A stretch of DNA of 64,000 bases, taken from Polyangia bacterium. Lineage in GTDB: Bacteria; Myxococcota_A; Polyangia; Fen-1088. The DNA lies in contig DATAVR010000089.1 of assembly GCA_036267635.1 (NCBI GenBank), positions 65,034 to 129,033 on the forward strand. Direction: 5' to 3'. The notes below the pieces were generated by a model that was not told where the DNA came from, did no database searches, and saw nothing but the letters and a program-made list of their open reading frames with translations. Shown in pieces: positions 16,528 through 25,500 of the stretch (positions are counted from its first letter, which is position 1; every line of letters starts with the position of its first letter). Position numbers and translations under genes: made by a program.

Positions 16528-18144
16528 ATGTTCTTGGCAGTGGCGGTGTCGCTCGGTTGCTCGAGCAAGAGCGCGAACTCGACGGGCACCGGCGGCGGCA
16601 CCGGCGGCGGAACGACGGGCACTGGCGGCACGACCGGCACAGGCGGGTCGGGCCATTCGGGCGGAGCGGGTGGCGGATCGGGCGGACAGGCCGGGGCGGC
16701 GTCGACGGATCAGTCGGTGCTGGAGCGCAACCACCACCCCTCGCGCGACGGGCTCTACGTTCAGCCGACGCTGACCAAGACGGCCGTGGCCAATCTGACG
16801 ATGGAGACCACGTTCGCCGCGACCTTCACCGGCAACACCTGGGCCTCGCCGCTCTACCTGCAGAAAGGGCCCAACGGCACGGGGCTCTTCTTCGCGGTGA
16901 CCAACGGCAACAACGTGTTCGCGCTCGACGAGACGACCGGGGCGACGGTCTGGATGGAGAACATCGGCACGGCCCCCACCAAGACCGGCCAGTCCTGCGG
17001 CGACATCTCGCCGATCGGCATCATCAGCACGCCGGTCATCGACGAGGCGGCGCGCACGATCTACGTGGCCGGCGCGATCGGGAACACCACGACGATCACC
17101 GCGCACCAGGTCCACGCGCTCTCGGTCGACGACGGCACGGAGCGCAGCGGCTGGCCGATCGACGTCTCGACCATCACCTCGGGCGGTACGACGTTCAGCG
17201 CCTCGCCCCAGAACCAGCGGAGCGCGCTGTCGTTGGTGAACGGGATCCTCTACGTCGCCTATGGTGGCCACAACGGCGACTGCGGGACCTACCGGGGCTG
17301 GGTGATGGCCATCGACACGACGAACCCGACCTCGCGTGGCGCCTTCGTGACCGGCGGGACGCGCGGCGAGGCGATCTGGGCGGCCGGTGGGATGGCCTCC
17401 GACGGCAACGGCGTCTTCGCGGTCACCGGGAACAACCTCGCCGGCGCGACGACCCACGCCGACAGCGAGGAGGTCGTGCGTCTGACCGGCCTCGCCGCCG
17501 TCGATCGCACCACCAACGCCGATGTCTTCTACCCGGCGAGCTGGCAGACGATGGACAGCAGCGACGCCGACATGAGCTCCTGCAGCCCGGTCTACCTCTC
17601 GGCGCCGTCGGCGATGGTGGCGGCGGTCTCCAAGGACGGACACTTCTACCTGCTCGATGCCAAGAACCTGGGCGGCATGGGCGGGCAGCTCGCCGACCTG
17701 ATCGTCGCTTCGGGCGGCGGGCCGATGCTGGTGCACACCGCGCTCGCCACCTACGCCACGGCGATGGGGACCTACGTGGTCTTCACCACCAACAGCAACG
17801 CGGTCTGCCCGGCGGGGGGCGCCTCGGGCAAGGTGGTGATGTCGGTGCTCGTTCCGGCGGGCTCGCCGCCCAAGCCGACCGTCGCCTGGTGCGTGGCCAC
17901 CACCAACGCCAGCCTGGGATTTCCGGCCGCGCCCGCCATCACCACCACCGACGGGACCAGCAACGCGATCGTCTGGTTCATCAACGGGACCAAGCTCATG
18001 GGCGTCGACGGCGACACGGGCGCCACGCTCTACGCCGGCACCGACACCTGCAGCGGCGTGCACAAGTGGACGGCGCCGATCGCGGTCAACGGGCGGATCG
18101 TCGTCGCGGGCGACAGCCGCCTCTGCGCCTGGTCGATTCACTGA
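16528..18144 (+). CDS. PQQ-like (BamB-type) beta-propeller lipoprotein
   Basis: MFLAVAVSLGC lipobox, a GT-rich linker, and repeats of the type NVFALDETTGATVW. An alternative GTG start lies at 16504. Confidence 0.75.
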   Translation: MFLAVAVSLGCSSKSANSTGTGGGTGGGTTGTGGTTGTGGSGHSGGAGGGSGGQAGAASTDQSVLERNHHPSRDGLYVQPTLTKTAVANLTMETTFAATFTGNTWASPLYLQKGPNGTGLFFAVTNGNNVFALDETTGATVWMENIGTAPTKTGQSCGDISPIGIISTPVIDEAARTIYVAGAIGNTTTITAHQVHALSVDDGTERSGWPIDVSTITSGGTTFSASPQNQRSALSLVNGILYVAYGGHNGDCGTYRGWVMAIDTTNPTSRGAFVTGGTRGEAIWAAGGMASDGNGVFAVTGNNLAGATTHADSEEVVRLTGLAAVDRTTNADVFYPASWQTMDSSDADMSSCSPVYLSAPSAMVAAVSKDGHFYLLDAKNLGGMGGQLADLIVASGGGPMLVHTALATYATAMGTYVVFTTNSNAVCPAGGASGKVVMSVLVPAGSPPKPTVAWCVATTNASLGFPAAPAITTTDGTSNAIVWFINGTKLMGVDGDTGATLYAGTDTCSGVHKWTAPIAVNGRIVVAGDSRLCAWSIH

Positions 18145-18223
18145 CCTCGCCGGCGCGCCGGGCCTCAACGGTCGAGCTGCTGGCGTCGTCCTCAGCGAGC
18201 TCCGCGAGGTAATCTCGCGTTCG

Positions 18224-20287
18224 ATGAAGAGGACCACCGGAGGCATCGCTCTGTTTCTCGCCGCCTTGGCGGCAGGACCGGCGCTCGGTGATCCAAGCGC
18301 TCCGGCGCCGGGCGCTCCGGCGGCAGGCGCGCAGACCCGGGTGTCGTCGCTCGTCGGCGACCATATGGTCGTCGAGCGCGGGCGCCCGGTGCGCCTCACG
18401 GGGACCGACCTGCCCGGTCAAATGGTCCACGCGACGCTGGCGGGACGCAGCGCCGCCGCCAAGGCCGACGCCGCCGGTCACTGGCTGATCGCTCTTCCGG
18501 CGCTCGATGCCGGCGGGCCGTTCGAGCTCACCGTCGAAGGGTCGCGTACGCTCACCTTCGCCGACGTCTGGAGCGGCGAGGTCTGGCTCGCCTCGGGGCA
18601 GTCGAACATGGAGCTGCCGCTCACGCGGACGATCGGCGCCGACGACGCCGTCGCCGGCGGTTGCCCGGGGCTCCGACTCTTCACCGTGCCGCAGAAGACG
18701 GCGGCGGCTCCCCGCCCCGACGTCGAGGGAAAATGGCAGGTCTGCGATCCGGCCGTCGCCGCCGGGTTCTCGGCGGTGGCGTTTCATTTCGGTCGCGACG
18801 TCCACCGCGCGCTCGGCGTGCCGGTGGGTCTCATCCTCGCGGCCTGGGGTGGGACGCCCGCCGAGGCCTGGACGCCGCGCGAGGCGCTGCTCGCCGATCC
18901 GGCGCTGAGGCCGATGGTCGAGGCGCTCGCCGCCGCCGAGCACGATCCGCAGCGGCGGATCGACCTGGCCAAGGCGCTGGCCGACTGGGAGACCAAGAGC
19001 TTCCACCAGGACACCGGCAACCGCGGCGAGCGGCTGGGCTACGCCAAGGGTGGCGGCGCGGGCTGGGCGAAGATGGAGATCCCGCAGGTCTGGGAGAACG
19101 CCGGGCTGGCCATCGACGGCGCGGTCTGGTTCCGGCGCGAGGTGACGCTCCCCGAGGCGTGGGCCGGCCGCGAGCTGGCGCTGTCGCTCGGCGCGCTCGA
19201 CGACTTCGACGTCACCTACTGGAACGGCGAGCGGATCGGCGCCACCGGCGCGGAGACACCCCAGTACTACGCGCATCCGCGCCACTACGTCATTCCGGGC
19301 CGGCTCGCCAAGCCGGGACGCAACATGGTGGCCGTGCGCGTGTTCGACCACTACGGGTCGGGCGGGTTCGCCGGCACCGCCGCGCAGCTCTCCGTCGGTC
19401 CGGTGGAATCGACTGTCGCGTCGCTGCCGCTGGCGGGGCCCTGGCAATACAAGATCGAGCGTCGCCTGCCGCCGGCCAAGGTCGACTGGGCCACGCGACC
19501 GGCCGCGCTCGGCGCCGGCGATCCACAGAGCGCCACCGTGCTCTGGAACGGAATGCTCGCGCCGTTGACGGCGGCGATGCCGCTGCCCCTGGCGGGCGTC
19601 ATCTGGTACCAGGGGGAGAGCAACGTCGGGCGGGCGGCGCAATACCGGACGCTCTTTCCGACGATGATTCGAGCTTGGCGCGCGGCCTTTCGCCAGCCGG
19701 CCCTCCCATTCCTCTACGTGCAGCTTCCCAACTACGAAGACCCTGCGGCCAAGGCGCCGCCCGGTGAAGGCGGGTGGGCCGATCTGCGCGAGGCGCAGGC
19801 CGCGGCGCTGCGCGAGCCGAAGACCGCCATGGTCGTCACGCTCGACATCGGCGAGGGGACGAACCTGCACCCGCGCAACAAGCGCGAGGTCGGCCGGCGG
19901 CTCGCGCTGCAGGCGCTGCGGATGGTCTACGGACGCGACACCCTCGCCGCCGGGCCGACGTTTCAGAGCGCCGTGCGCGCCGGCGCGGCGATCCGCGTCC
20001 ACTTCGCCTCGGTGGCCGGGGGGCTCGAGACCAGCGACGATGCGCCGCCACGCGGGTTTCTGATCGCGGGGACCGACCGCAGCTGGCACGCCGCCTCCGC
20101 CCGCATCGATCGGGACGGCGTGGTCGTCTCCAGCCCGGAGGTTTCCGCCCCAATCGCCGTGCGCTACGGCTGGGGAAACGACCCCGCCAATACGCTCCGC
20201 AACGGCGCCGATCTGCCGGCAGCGCCGTTCCGCACCGACGATTGGCCGGCCGTCACCTCGATGACGGCCGAGAAGTCCGCGCACTGA
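18224..20287 (+). CDS. Sialate O-acetylesterase-family (SASA/DUF303) carbohydrate esterase, secreted
   Basis: Signal peptide. GEVWLASGQSNMELPL catalytic block. WYQGESN block. Confidence 0.85.
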   Translation: MKRTTGGIALFLAALAAGPALGDPSAPAPGAPAAGAQTRVSSLVGDHMVVERGRPVRLTGTDLPGQMVHATLAGRSAAAKADAAGHWLIALPALDAGGPFELTVEGSRTLTFADVWSGEVWLASGQSNMELPLTRTIGADDAVAGGCPGLRLFTVPQKTAAAPRPDVEGKWQVCDPAVAAGFSAVAFHFGRDVHRALGVPVGLILAAWGGTPAEAWTPREALLADPALRPMVEALAAAEHDPQRRIDLAKALADWETKSFHQDTGNRGERLGYAKGGGAGWAKMEIPQVWENAGLAIDGAVWFRREVTLPEAWAGRELALSLGALDDFDVTYWNGERIGATGAETPQYYAHPRHYVIPGRLAKPGRNMVAVRVFDHYGSGGFAGTAAQLSVGPVESTVASLPLAGPWQYKIERRLPPAKVDWATRPAALGAGDPQSATVLWNGMLAPLTAAMPLPLAGVIWYQGESNVGRAAQYRTLFPTMIRAWRAAFRQPALPFLYVQLPNYEDPAAKAPPGEGGWADLREAQAAALREPKTAMVVTLDIGEGTNLHPRNKREVGRRLALQALRMVYGRDTLAAGPTFQSAVRAGAAIRVHFASVAGGLETSDDAPPRGFLIAGTDRSWHAASARIDRDGVVVSSPEVSAPIAVRYGWGNDPANTLRNGADLPAAPFRTDDWPAVTSMTAEKSAH

Positions 20288-22232
20288 CGGCGCCGCGCGG
20301 CCTCCGCGCCAGCATCAGCAGCATCGCTCCGAAGAGCAGGGCAAATCCGGATCGCGTAGGCCGAGCACCGTCCGTGTCGCAGCTGCACCCGCTCTCGGCG
20401 CCGCTGGTGGTGGTTCCACCAGCGCCGCTTCCAGAGCCTGCGTGACCGCCCGCGCCGCCGCTCGCGGTTGTGCCGCCGGTTCCCGAGCCGGAGGTTCCCG
20501 CGGTGGCCGCGCCACCGACGCCGGTTGCACCTCCGGTCGTACCCGCGATTCCGTTCCCGGACGTGCCGGCCGCGCTGCCACCGGCGCCTGTCCCGGACGT
20601 GCCGGCGGCAGCGCCGCCGCTTCCGGTTGCGTTCGAGCCGCTCGTTCCGGCCGCACCGCTCGCCCCGGCTGCACCGCTTGCGCCGGCAGCACCGCTCGTG
20701 CCCGCCGCATCGCTCGTGCCCCCCGAGCCGCTCGTGCCGGCTGCGCCGCTCGTACCGGCTGCGCCGCTCGTGCCGGCCGCACCGGACGTGCCGGCCGCAC
20801 CGGACGTGCCGGCTGCGCCGCTCGCGCCGGCTGCGCCGCTCGCGCCGGCAGCACCGCTCGCGCTGGCGGCGCCGCTCGTGCCGGCCGCACCGCTCGCGCC
20901 GGCCGTACCGCTCGTGCCGGCTGCGCCGCTCGCGCCGGCGGCGCCGCTCGTGCCGGCCGCGCCGCCCGCGCCTCCGGTCCCGCTCCCCTGGAGGTGTGCG
21001 TTGATCCTGTTGGCGATGGTCTGAAAGGCGACCGAGTAGTCCGGGGCGCAGATTGAGGTCACGACGCCGTTGGCGCCGAACGCGTTCACCCACTGCGCGA
21101 TCCGGACGCCCGGATCGCCGAAGCTGCCGTCGGTCGGGTTCTCCGTGGCCAGCGGGTTGACGTCGTCTGTGCCGAGCTGACCGCAGGAGTGCTCGAGCTC
21201 GGGCCAGAGCTCGCCGGGGGCGGTGTTCTGTCCGCCGCTCTGTGGCACCCAGGCCACGGTGTAAGGCGTCACCGGGGGCGAGATGGCGCCGACGACGATC
21301 TGGTTGTCGGGATCGGCCTTGAGCGCCCTGATGCCCGAGACGAAGTCGGCAACGGTCGTGAGGAGGCCGCTGCCGGTGTCGTTCGACTCGCAGCTGGTCA
21401 AGCTCAGCGTCGGTGCCGTCGCGGTCCCCTGCGCGTCGGCCGGGGGATTGAGCGGCGGCGCGACGAGCGCGGTCGGCGTGGCGCTGGCTGGATCGGCACA
21501 GAGATGACCGTACTGGTTGCAGCGGTAGTTGGCGATCGGGCCGAGGGCGTTGGCGATGTTCTGCTGATTGGAGCCGCCTACGAGGAGCGAATAGAGATTC
21601 GTGTTCGCGGGCGCCGAGCAGTCGTCCTCGTTGGTGAGAAGGACGATGGCCAGCTCGGCGTCGTCGCGCAAGAACCCTGCGTTCTGCGCCGGCGGCGGGG
21701 CGCCGTCGGCTCCGAGCGCGCGGGCGACGGAGGCCAGCTGATGCTCGAACCCGCATCCTCTCTGGCCGAGCTGCGCGATGCAGCCGAACACCGCGGTCAG
21801 GTCCCCGGTGTAGTTGGCCACGCCGTCGACGTTGGAGATGAAGGTCGCGCCAGCCGCCAGCGTCGTGTTGGTGCAGGCGCCGGTGGCGGCCGATCGAAAT
21901 GCGCCGTCGTCGCCGGTCGTCGTGCAGGCAACGGACAACGTCGAATCGCCGGGCGCCCCCAGGTCCGACGAGACGACCGCGACGTGAATGTTGGGGAGGC
22001 CATTGGGCAGATTCTCGAGGACGTTCATGAACGACGGGTCCTGGTCGAGCAGCTTCATCTGCGTCGAGGACATCGACGGCGAGTTGTCGATCATGAACAG
22101 GATGTCGAGGTTGCCGGAGCTCGCGCTGACCGCCCCGGTTCGCGTTTGGGTATGCTCGACACCTTCGGGGACGCAGGCCCCGGCCGTGACGACGAAGAGA
22201 GAGAGCAGAAGACCTTGCGACGAACGAGTCAT
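20253..22232 (-). CDS. VWA-like lipoprotein with a GAAGTS-repeat linker and a MYXO-CTERM-type tail
   Basis: GGAGG RBS, then ATG 22232, giving [25 protein letters not shown]-like segment [13 protein letters not shown]-terminus [34 protein letters not shown]. Confidence 0.8.
   Translation of the reverse strand: MTRSSQGLLLSLFVVTAGACVPEGVEHTQTRTGAVSASSGNLDILFMIDNSPSMSSTQMKLLDQDPSFMNVLENLPNGLPNIHVAVVSSDLGAPGDSTLSVACTTTGDDGAFRSAATGACTNTTLAAGATFISNVDGVANYTGDLTAVFGCIAQLGQRGCGFEHQLASVARALGADGAPPPAQNAGFLRDDAELAIVLLTNEDDCSAPANTNLYSLLVGGSNQQNIANALGPIANYRCNQYGHLCADPASATPTALVAPPLNPPADAQGTATAPTLSLTSCESNDTGSGLLTTVADFVSGIRALKADPDNQIVVGAISPPVTPYTVAWVPQSGGQNTAPGELWPELEHSCGQLGTDDVNPLATENPTDGSFGDPGVRIAQWVNAFGANGVVTSICAPDYSVAFQTIANRINAHLQGSGTGGAGGAAGTSGAAGASGAAGTSGTAGASGAAGTSGAASASGAAGASGAAGASGAAGTSGAAGTSGAAGTSGAAGTSGAAGTSGSGGTSDAAGTSGAAGASGAAGASGAAGTSGSNATGSGGAAAGTSGTGAGGSAAGTSGNGIAGTTGGATGVGGAATAGTSGSGTGGTTASGGAGGHAGSGSGAGGTTTSGAESGCSCDTDGARPTRSGFALLFGAMLLMLARRPRGAVSARTSRPSSR
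20630..20965. repeat. 18-bp periodic coding repeat encoding (G-A-A-G-T/A-S)n
   Basis: About 18 imperfect tandem hexapeptide units read in the minus-strand ORF. Confidence 0.85.
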
Positions 22233-22522
22233 TGACGCCTCCACCAGTTCGAGCTCCCGACCGCCGGCGAAGATACTTCAAGATCCGCTGGACCGGCTGT
22301 CGCCCAGCTCACAAATTGTTCGTTGGAACTTGTAGGCGTCGGCGATCGGCGCGCGCACGCGCACTGACCGCCGCGGGGTGGTGATCACGATCGGACGCAC
22401 CGACACGGCCCCGCGAGTGTTAAGAAGGGGCAGACGACCGCGAATTGGTACCGGTCCAATGCGTTTTGTTGGAAGTCGTTTTATCGTCCAAGTGCGCTTT
22501 CGGACGGAGTATTCTCCGACCC

Positions 22523-24484
22523 ATGACGCCCCTCGCTCGCTCGTGGATCAGGACCGGAATCGTTCTTCTGATCGGGCTCGCGCCGCTGTCGGCGAAGGCC
22601 GCCAACACGTACTACGTCGCGCCGAACGGCAGCGACAGCGCAGCCGGAACGATGGCCGCTCCCTTCGCCACCCTGCAGAAGGCGAACGACACCGCCGCCG
22701 CGGGAGATACGATCTACCTGCGCGCGGGAACTTACAACTGCACCGCTCAGATCACGCTTTCGAAGAGCGGAACCTCCGACACCAATCGCACCAACATCTT
22801 TGCGTACACGGGCGAGGTGCCTGTTCTCGACTTCTCGAACTTCACCTTGGCCAGCGAGACGTCGGACCATCCGGCGATCACCGTGACCGGAAGCTGGATG
22901 CATCTGCGGGGACTCGAGATCGCCAACGGCAAAGTCGGAACCAGCGGCTCCCACTCCTACTCCATGTTGCGCACCAAGAACGCCAGCAACAACACGTTCG
23001 AGTTGCTCAACATCCATAACGGCTTCGGGCCCGGTCTGTTCATCGACACCGGCACCGGCGGCAACATGATTCTGAACTGCGATTCGCACGACAACTACGA
23101 CGTCAACGGCAGCCAAGGGGATGGCCAGAACGCCGACGGGTTCGGCGTTCACTATCAAACCACCGGACCCAGCACGATCATCAAGGGATGCCGTGCCTGG
23201 AACAACTCCGATGACGGGTATGACCTCATCTCGCAAGAGGTCCCGGTGACCGTCGAGAACAACTGGGCCTTCAAGAACGGCCACGGCACTGAGGGAAACG
23301 GCAACGGATTCAAGATGGGAAGCAGCCAGACCGGCATCAGGCACCTGGTCCAACAGAATGTGGCCTGGAGCAACGCGGAGTCGGGCTTTTATGCCAACCA
23401 CTCCACCGGCGGCAACACCTGGTACAACAACACGTCGTACAACAACGGCACTCAGTACAACATGCTGGCGAGCAGCTTTGATTCCTCCGGCAACGTGACG
23501 GGGACCATCGTCTTGAGCGGTGCTAAGGCCCACATCATGAGAAACAACATCGGCTACCCCAACAAGAACACCAACATGGACGGGGTCGACACCTCTTTCA
23601 ACACCTGGGACCTGGGGATCACCCCGGCGGCCAGCGACTTCGCCAGCATCTCCGACACCGGCTGCGACGGCGCCCGCGCAGCCGACGGCAGCATGCCGAC
23701 CGCGTGCACTCTCTTGCATCTGACGGCGGGCAGCCGAATGATCGACAAGGGGACGAACGTCGGTCTCCCCTTCGTCGGGTCGGCGCCCGATCTGGGAGCG
23801 TACGAATATGGCGCGACCGGCGGGACGACCGGCACGGGCGGGACCACCGGAACCGGCGGGACGACCGGCACGGGCGGGACCACCGGGACCGGCGGGACGG
23901 GGACCGGCGGAAGCGCCGGCACGACCGGCAAGGGCGGGGCGACCGGTACGGGCGGGACCACCGGCGGAACCACCGGCACTGGCGGGACGACCGGCAAGGG
24001 CGGGGCGACCGGCACCGGTGGGACGACGACTGGCACCGGCGGAACGACTGGCAGCGGCGGAACGACCGGCACCGGGGGAACGACCGGCACTGGCGGGACG
24101 ACGACCGGCGCGGGCGGGACCACGGGGACTGGTGGATCGGGGACGGGGACCGGCGGAGCCATCGGGACCGGCAACGGCGGAAACACCGGGAATGGTGGCT
24201 CGACGACGGGCAGCGGCGGGACAGGCGCCGGCGGCTCCGGCACGACGACGGGCGCCGGCGGTGCGGGCGTGTCGAGCGGGGGCGCCGGTGGCACGACCGG
24301 GAGCGGCGGATCCACGACCGATACCGGCGGCGCGACTGGCGAGACGGGCGGCGCGAGCAGCGGCTGCTCGTGCGACACGGCGCCCGGCGGTCAGGGCAGT
24401 CTCCTCGGATTCTCCCTGCTGTCGCTGCTGATGATCGTCGCCACCCGCCGCCGCAAACCGGCCGCGAACGTCTGCCGACGTTAG
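22523..24484 (+). CDS. Right-handed beta-helix polysaccharide lyase (PL9-like pectate lyase) with a GT-rich linker and a MYXO-CTERM-type tail
   Basis: Signal peptide, then AANTYYVAPNGSDSAAGT...GDTIYLRAGTY, NADGFG, NNSDDGYDL and GNGNGFKMG. C-terminus SSGCSCDTAPGGQGSLLGFSLLSLLMIVATRRRK. Confidence 0.8.
   Translation: MTPLARSWIRTGIVLLIGLAPLSAKAANTYYVAPNGSDSAAGTMAAPFATLQKANDTAAAGDTIYLRAGTYNCTAQITLSKSGTSDTNRTNIFAYTGEVPVLDFSNFTLASETSDHPAITVTGSWMHLRGLEIANGKVGTSGSHSYSMLRTKNASNNTFELLNIHNGFGPGLFIDTGTGGNMILNCDSHDNYDVNGSQGDGQNADGFGVHYQTTGPSTIIKGCRAWNNSDDGYDLISQEVPVTVENNWAFKNGHGTEGNGNGFKMGSSQTGIRHLVQQNVAWSNAESGFYANHSTGGNTWYNNTSYNNGTQYNMLASSFDSSGNVTGTIVLSGAKAHIMRNNIGYPNKNTNMDGVDTSFNTWDLGITPAASDFASISDTGCDGARAADGSMPTACTLLHLTAGSRMIDKGTNVGLPFVGSAPDLGAYEYGATGGTTGTGGTTGTGGTTGTGGTTGTGGTGTGGSAGTTGKGGATGTGGTTGGTTGTGGTTGKGGATGTGGTTTGTGGTTGSGGTTGTGGTTGTGGTTTGAGGTTGTGGSGTGTGGAIGTGNGGNTGNGGSTTGSGGTGAGGSGTTTGAGGAGVSSGGAGGTTGSGGSTTDTGGATGETGGASSGCSCDTAPGGQGSLLGFSLLSLLMIVATRRRKPAANVCRR
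23811..24360. repeat. Low-complexity GGN-ACN coding repeat (GTTGTGG)n linker
   Basis: Read directly in the PL9-like ORF. Confidence 0.85.
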
Positions 24485-24505
24485 GTGGCGATCAGAGCCG
24501 GCAGC

Positions 24506-24756
24506 CTAGGCTAACTGAGGCCAGCCGGCGCGGCGCCAGCGTGCGGCGAGATCCCGCGCGGCTGGCGCCCACTCCGGATAGTCGAAGCCGAACCCGGCGT
24601 CCGCACGCCCCTGGCCGCGCGCAGAGCGGTCATGAAGTCGCGCTCGTGAATCCAGGAGACGAACTGTCGCCCACCGGCGATCGACCCGCCGAGCCCGGCG
24701 CGCGTGAGGGCGCAGAGGACGTCGAAGACGCCGCCGCGCCCGGGGCTCATGACCAT
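24506..24756 (-). pseudogene. Remnant of a YfcH/DUF1731-type SDR epimerase (C-terminal fragments in two frames)
   Basis: One frame reads LGGSIAGGRQFVSWIHERDFMTAL, which resembles GGPIGSGRQ..WIHIDD. A second frame reads AGFGFDYPEWAPAARDL, which resembles EAGFxFxYPxLxxAL. The Rossmann N-terminal half is absent and the two blocks are too close together. Confidence 0.5.
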
Positions 24757-24829
24757 GGCGGAGCGGAGAGCGACCTTGCGGGTCTGCGGCGTGCGGGCTT
24801 CGTGCTGCGCGCGTTCCCAGGCGCGGGCG

Positions 24830-25405
24830 ATGTCGATGCTGGTGCTCCATTACTTCGGAACACCGGGCTCGTCCCCACGCTACTTCCCCAGCAAGCGCGC
24901 GGTCGCCCTCGCGCTCTACGACGAGCTGTCGACGGAGTACGCGGCGCGCGCGTCGGCGATGGGCGCCGGGCCCCGGCAGAACCGATTTCTGTTCGCGCTC
25001 GAGGTCAGCCTCGGCGTTCTCGGCCGCCAGCGCGCCACGTTCGCGGCGCTGACCTCCGTGCTCTTCGGCGATGCCGAGGGCGGTCTGTTTGCGCCGGCGA
25101 CCGCGCCGTCGCGCGCCCGCGTCGAGGAGGTCTTTCATGAACCCGTGCGCGGCGCGTCTGACCCGCCTTCAGCGGAGGCAGCCGCTTCCCTCGGCCGGAT
25201 TCTCTATTTCGCCCAACTGGCGATCATCTTGTGGTGGCTCCTCGACAAGAGCCCGCGGTAGCGCGCGACCAAGGAGCTGACGGCGCTCCTCTCGCTAGCG
25301 CTCCCGTTCGTCGGAGTCTCGCTGTGGCGCGAGCCGGTCCGCACGCTGATCGCGACGGTCAGTCGATTGTGCGGCGAGGGCCTCTTCGGCGGCGATCACC
25401 GGTAG
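24830..25405 (+). pseudogene. TetR-family-like regulator remnant with an in-frame TAG at 25259
   Basis: LHYF...YFPSKRAVALALYDE and LAIILWWLLDKSPR*RATKELTALLSLALPF... read through the stop as one coherent TetR_C-like sequence. No recognisable N-terminal HTH. Confidence 0.4.
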
Positions 25406-25500
25406 CCGGGCGCCGGGGGATGACGCCGAGGCGACGCTGAGGCATCCCCCGCGTTTCGGGGGCCTGCGCCGTCTGGCGCACCTCGGGACACTCACCGTTC

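Noticed and set aside
22233-25500. A mobile element delivering the low-GC lyase gene (integrase, transposase, inverted or direct terminal repeats, tRNA target).
   Set aside because: I found no such genes or border repeats by eye. Only compositional mosaicism and adjacent pseudogenes are reported.
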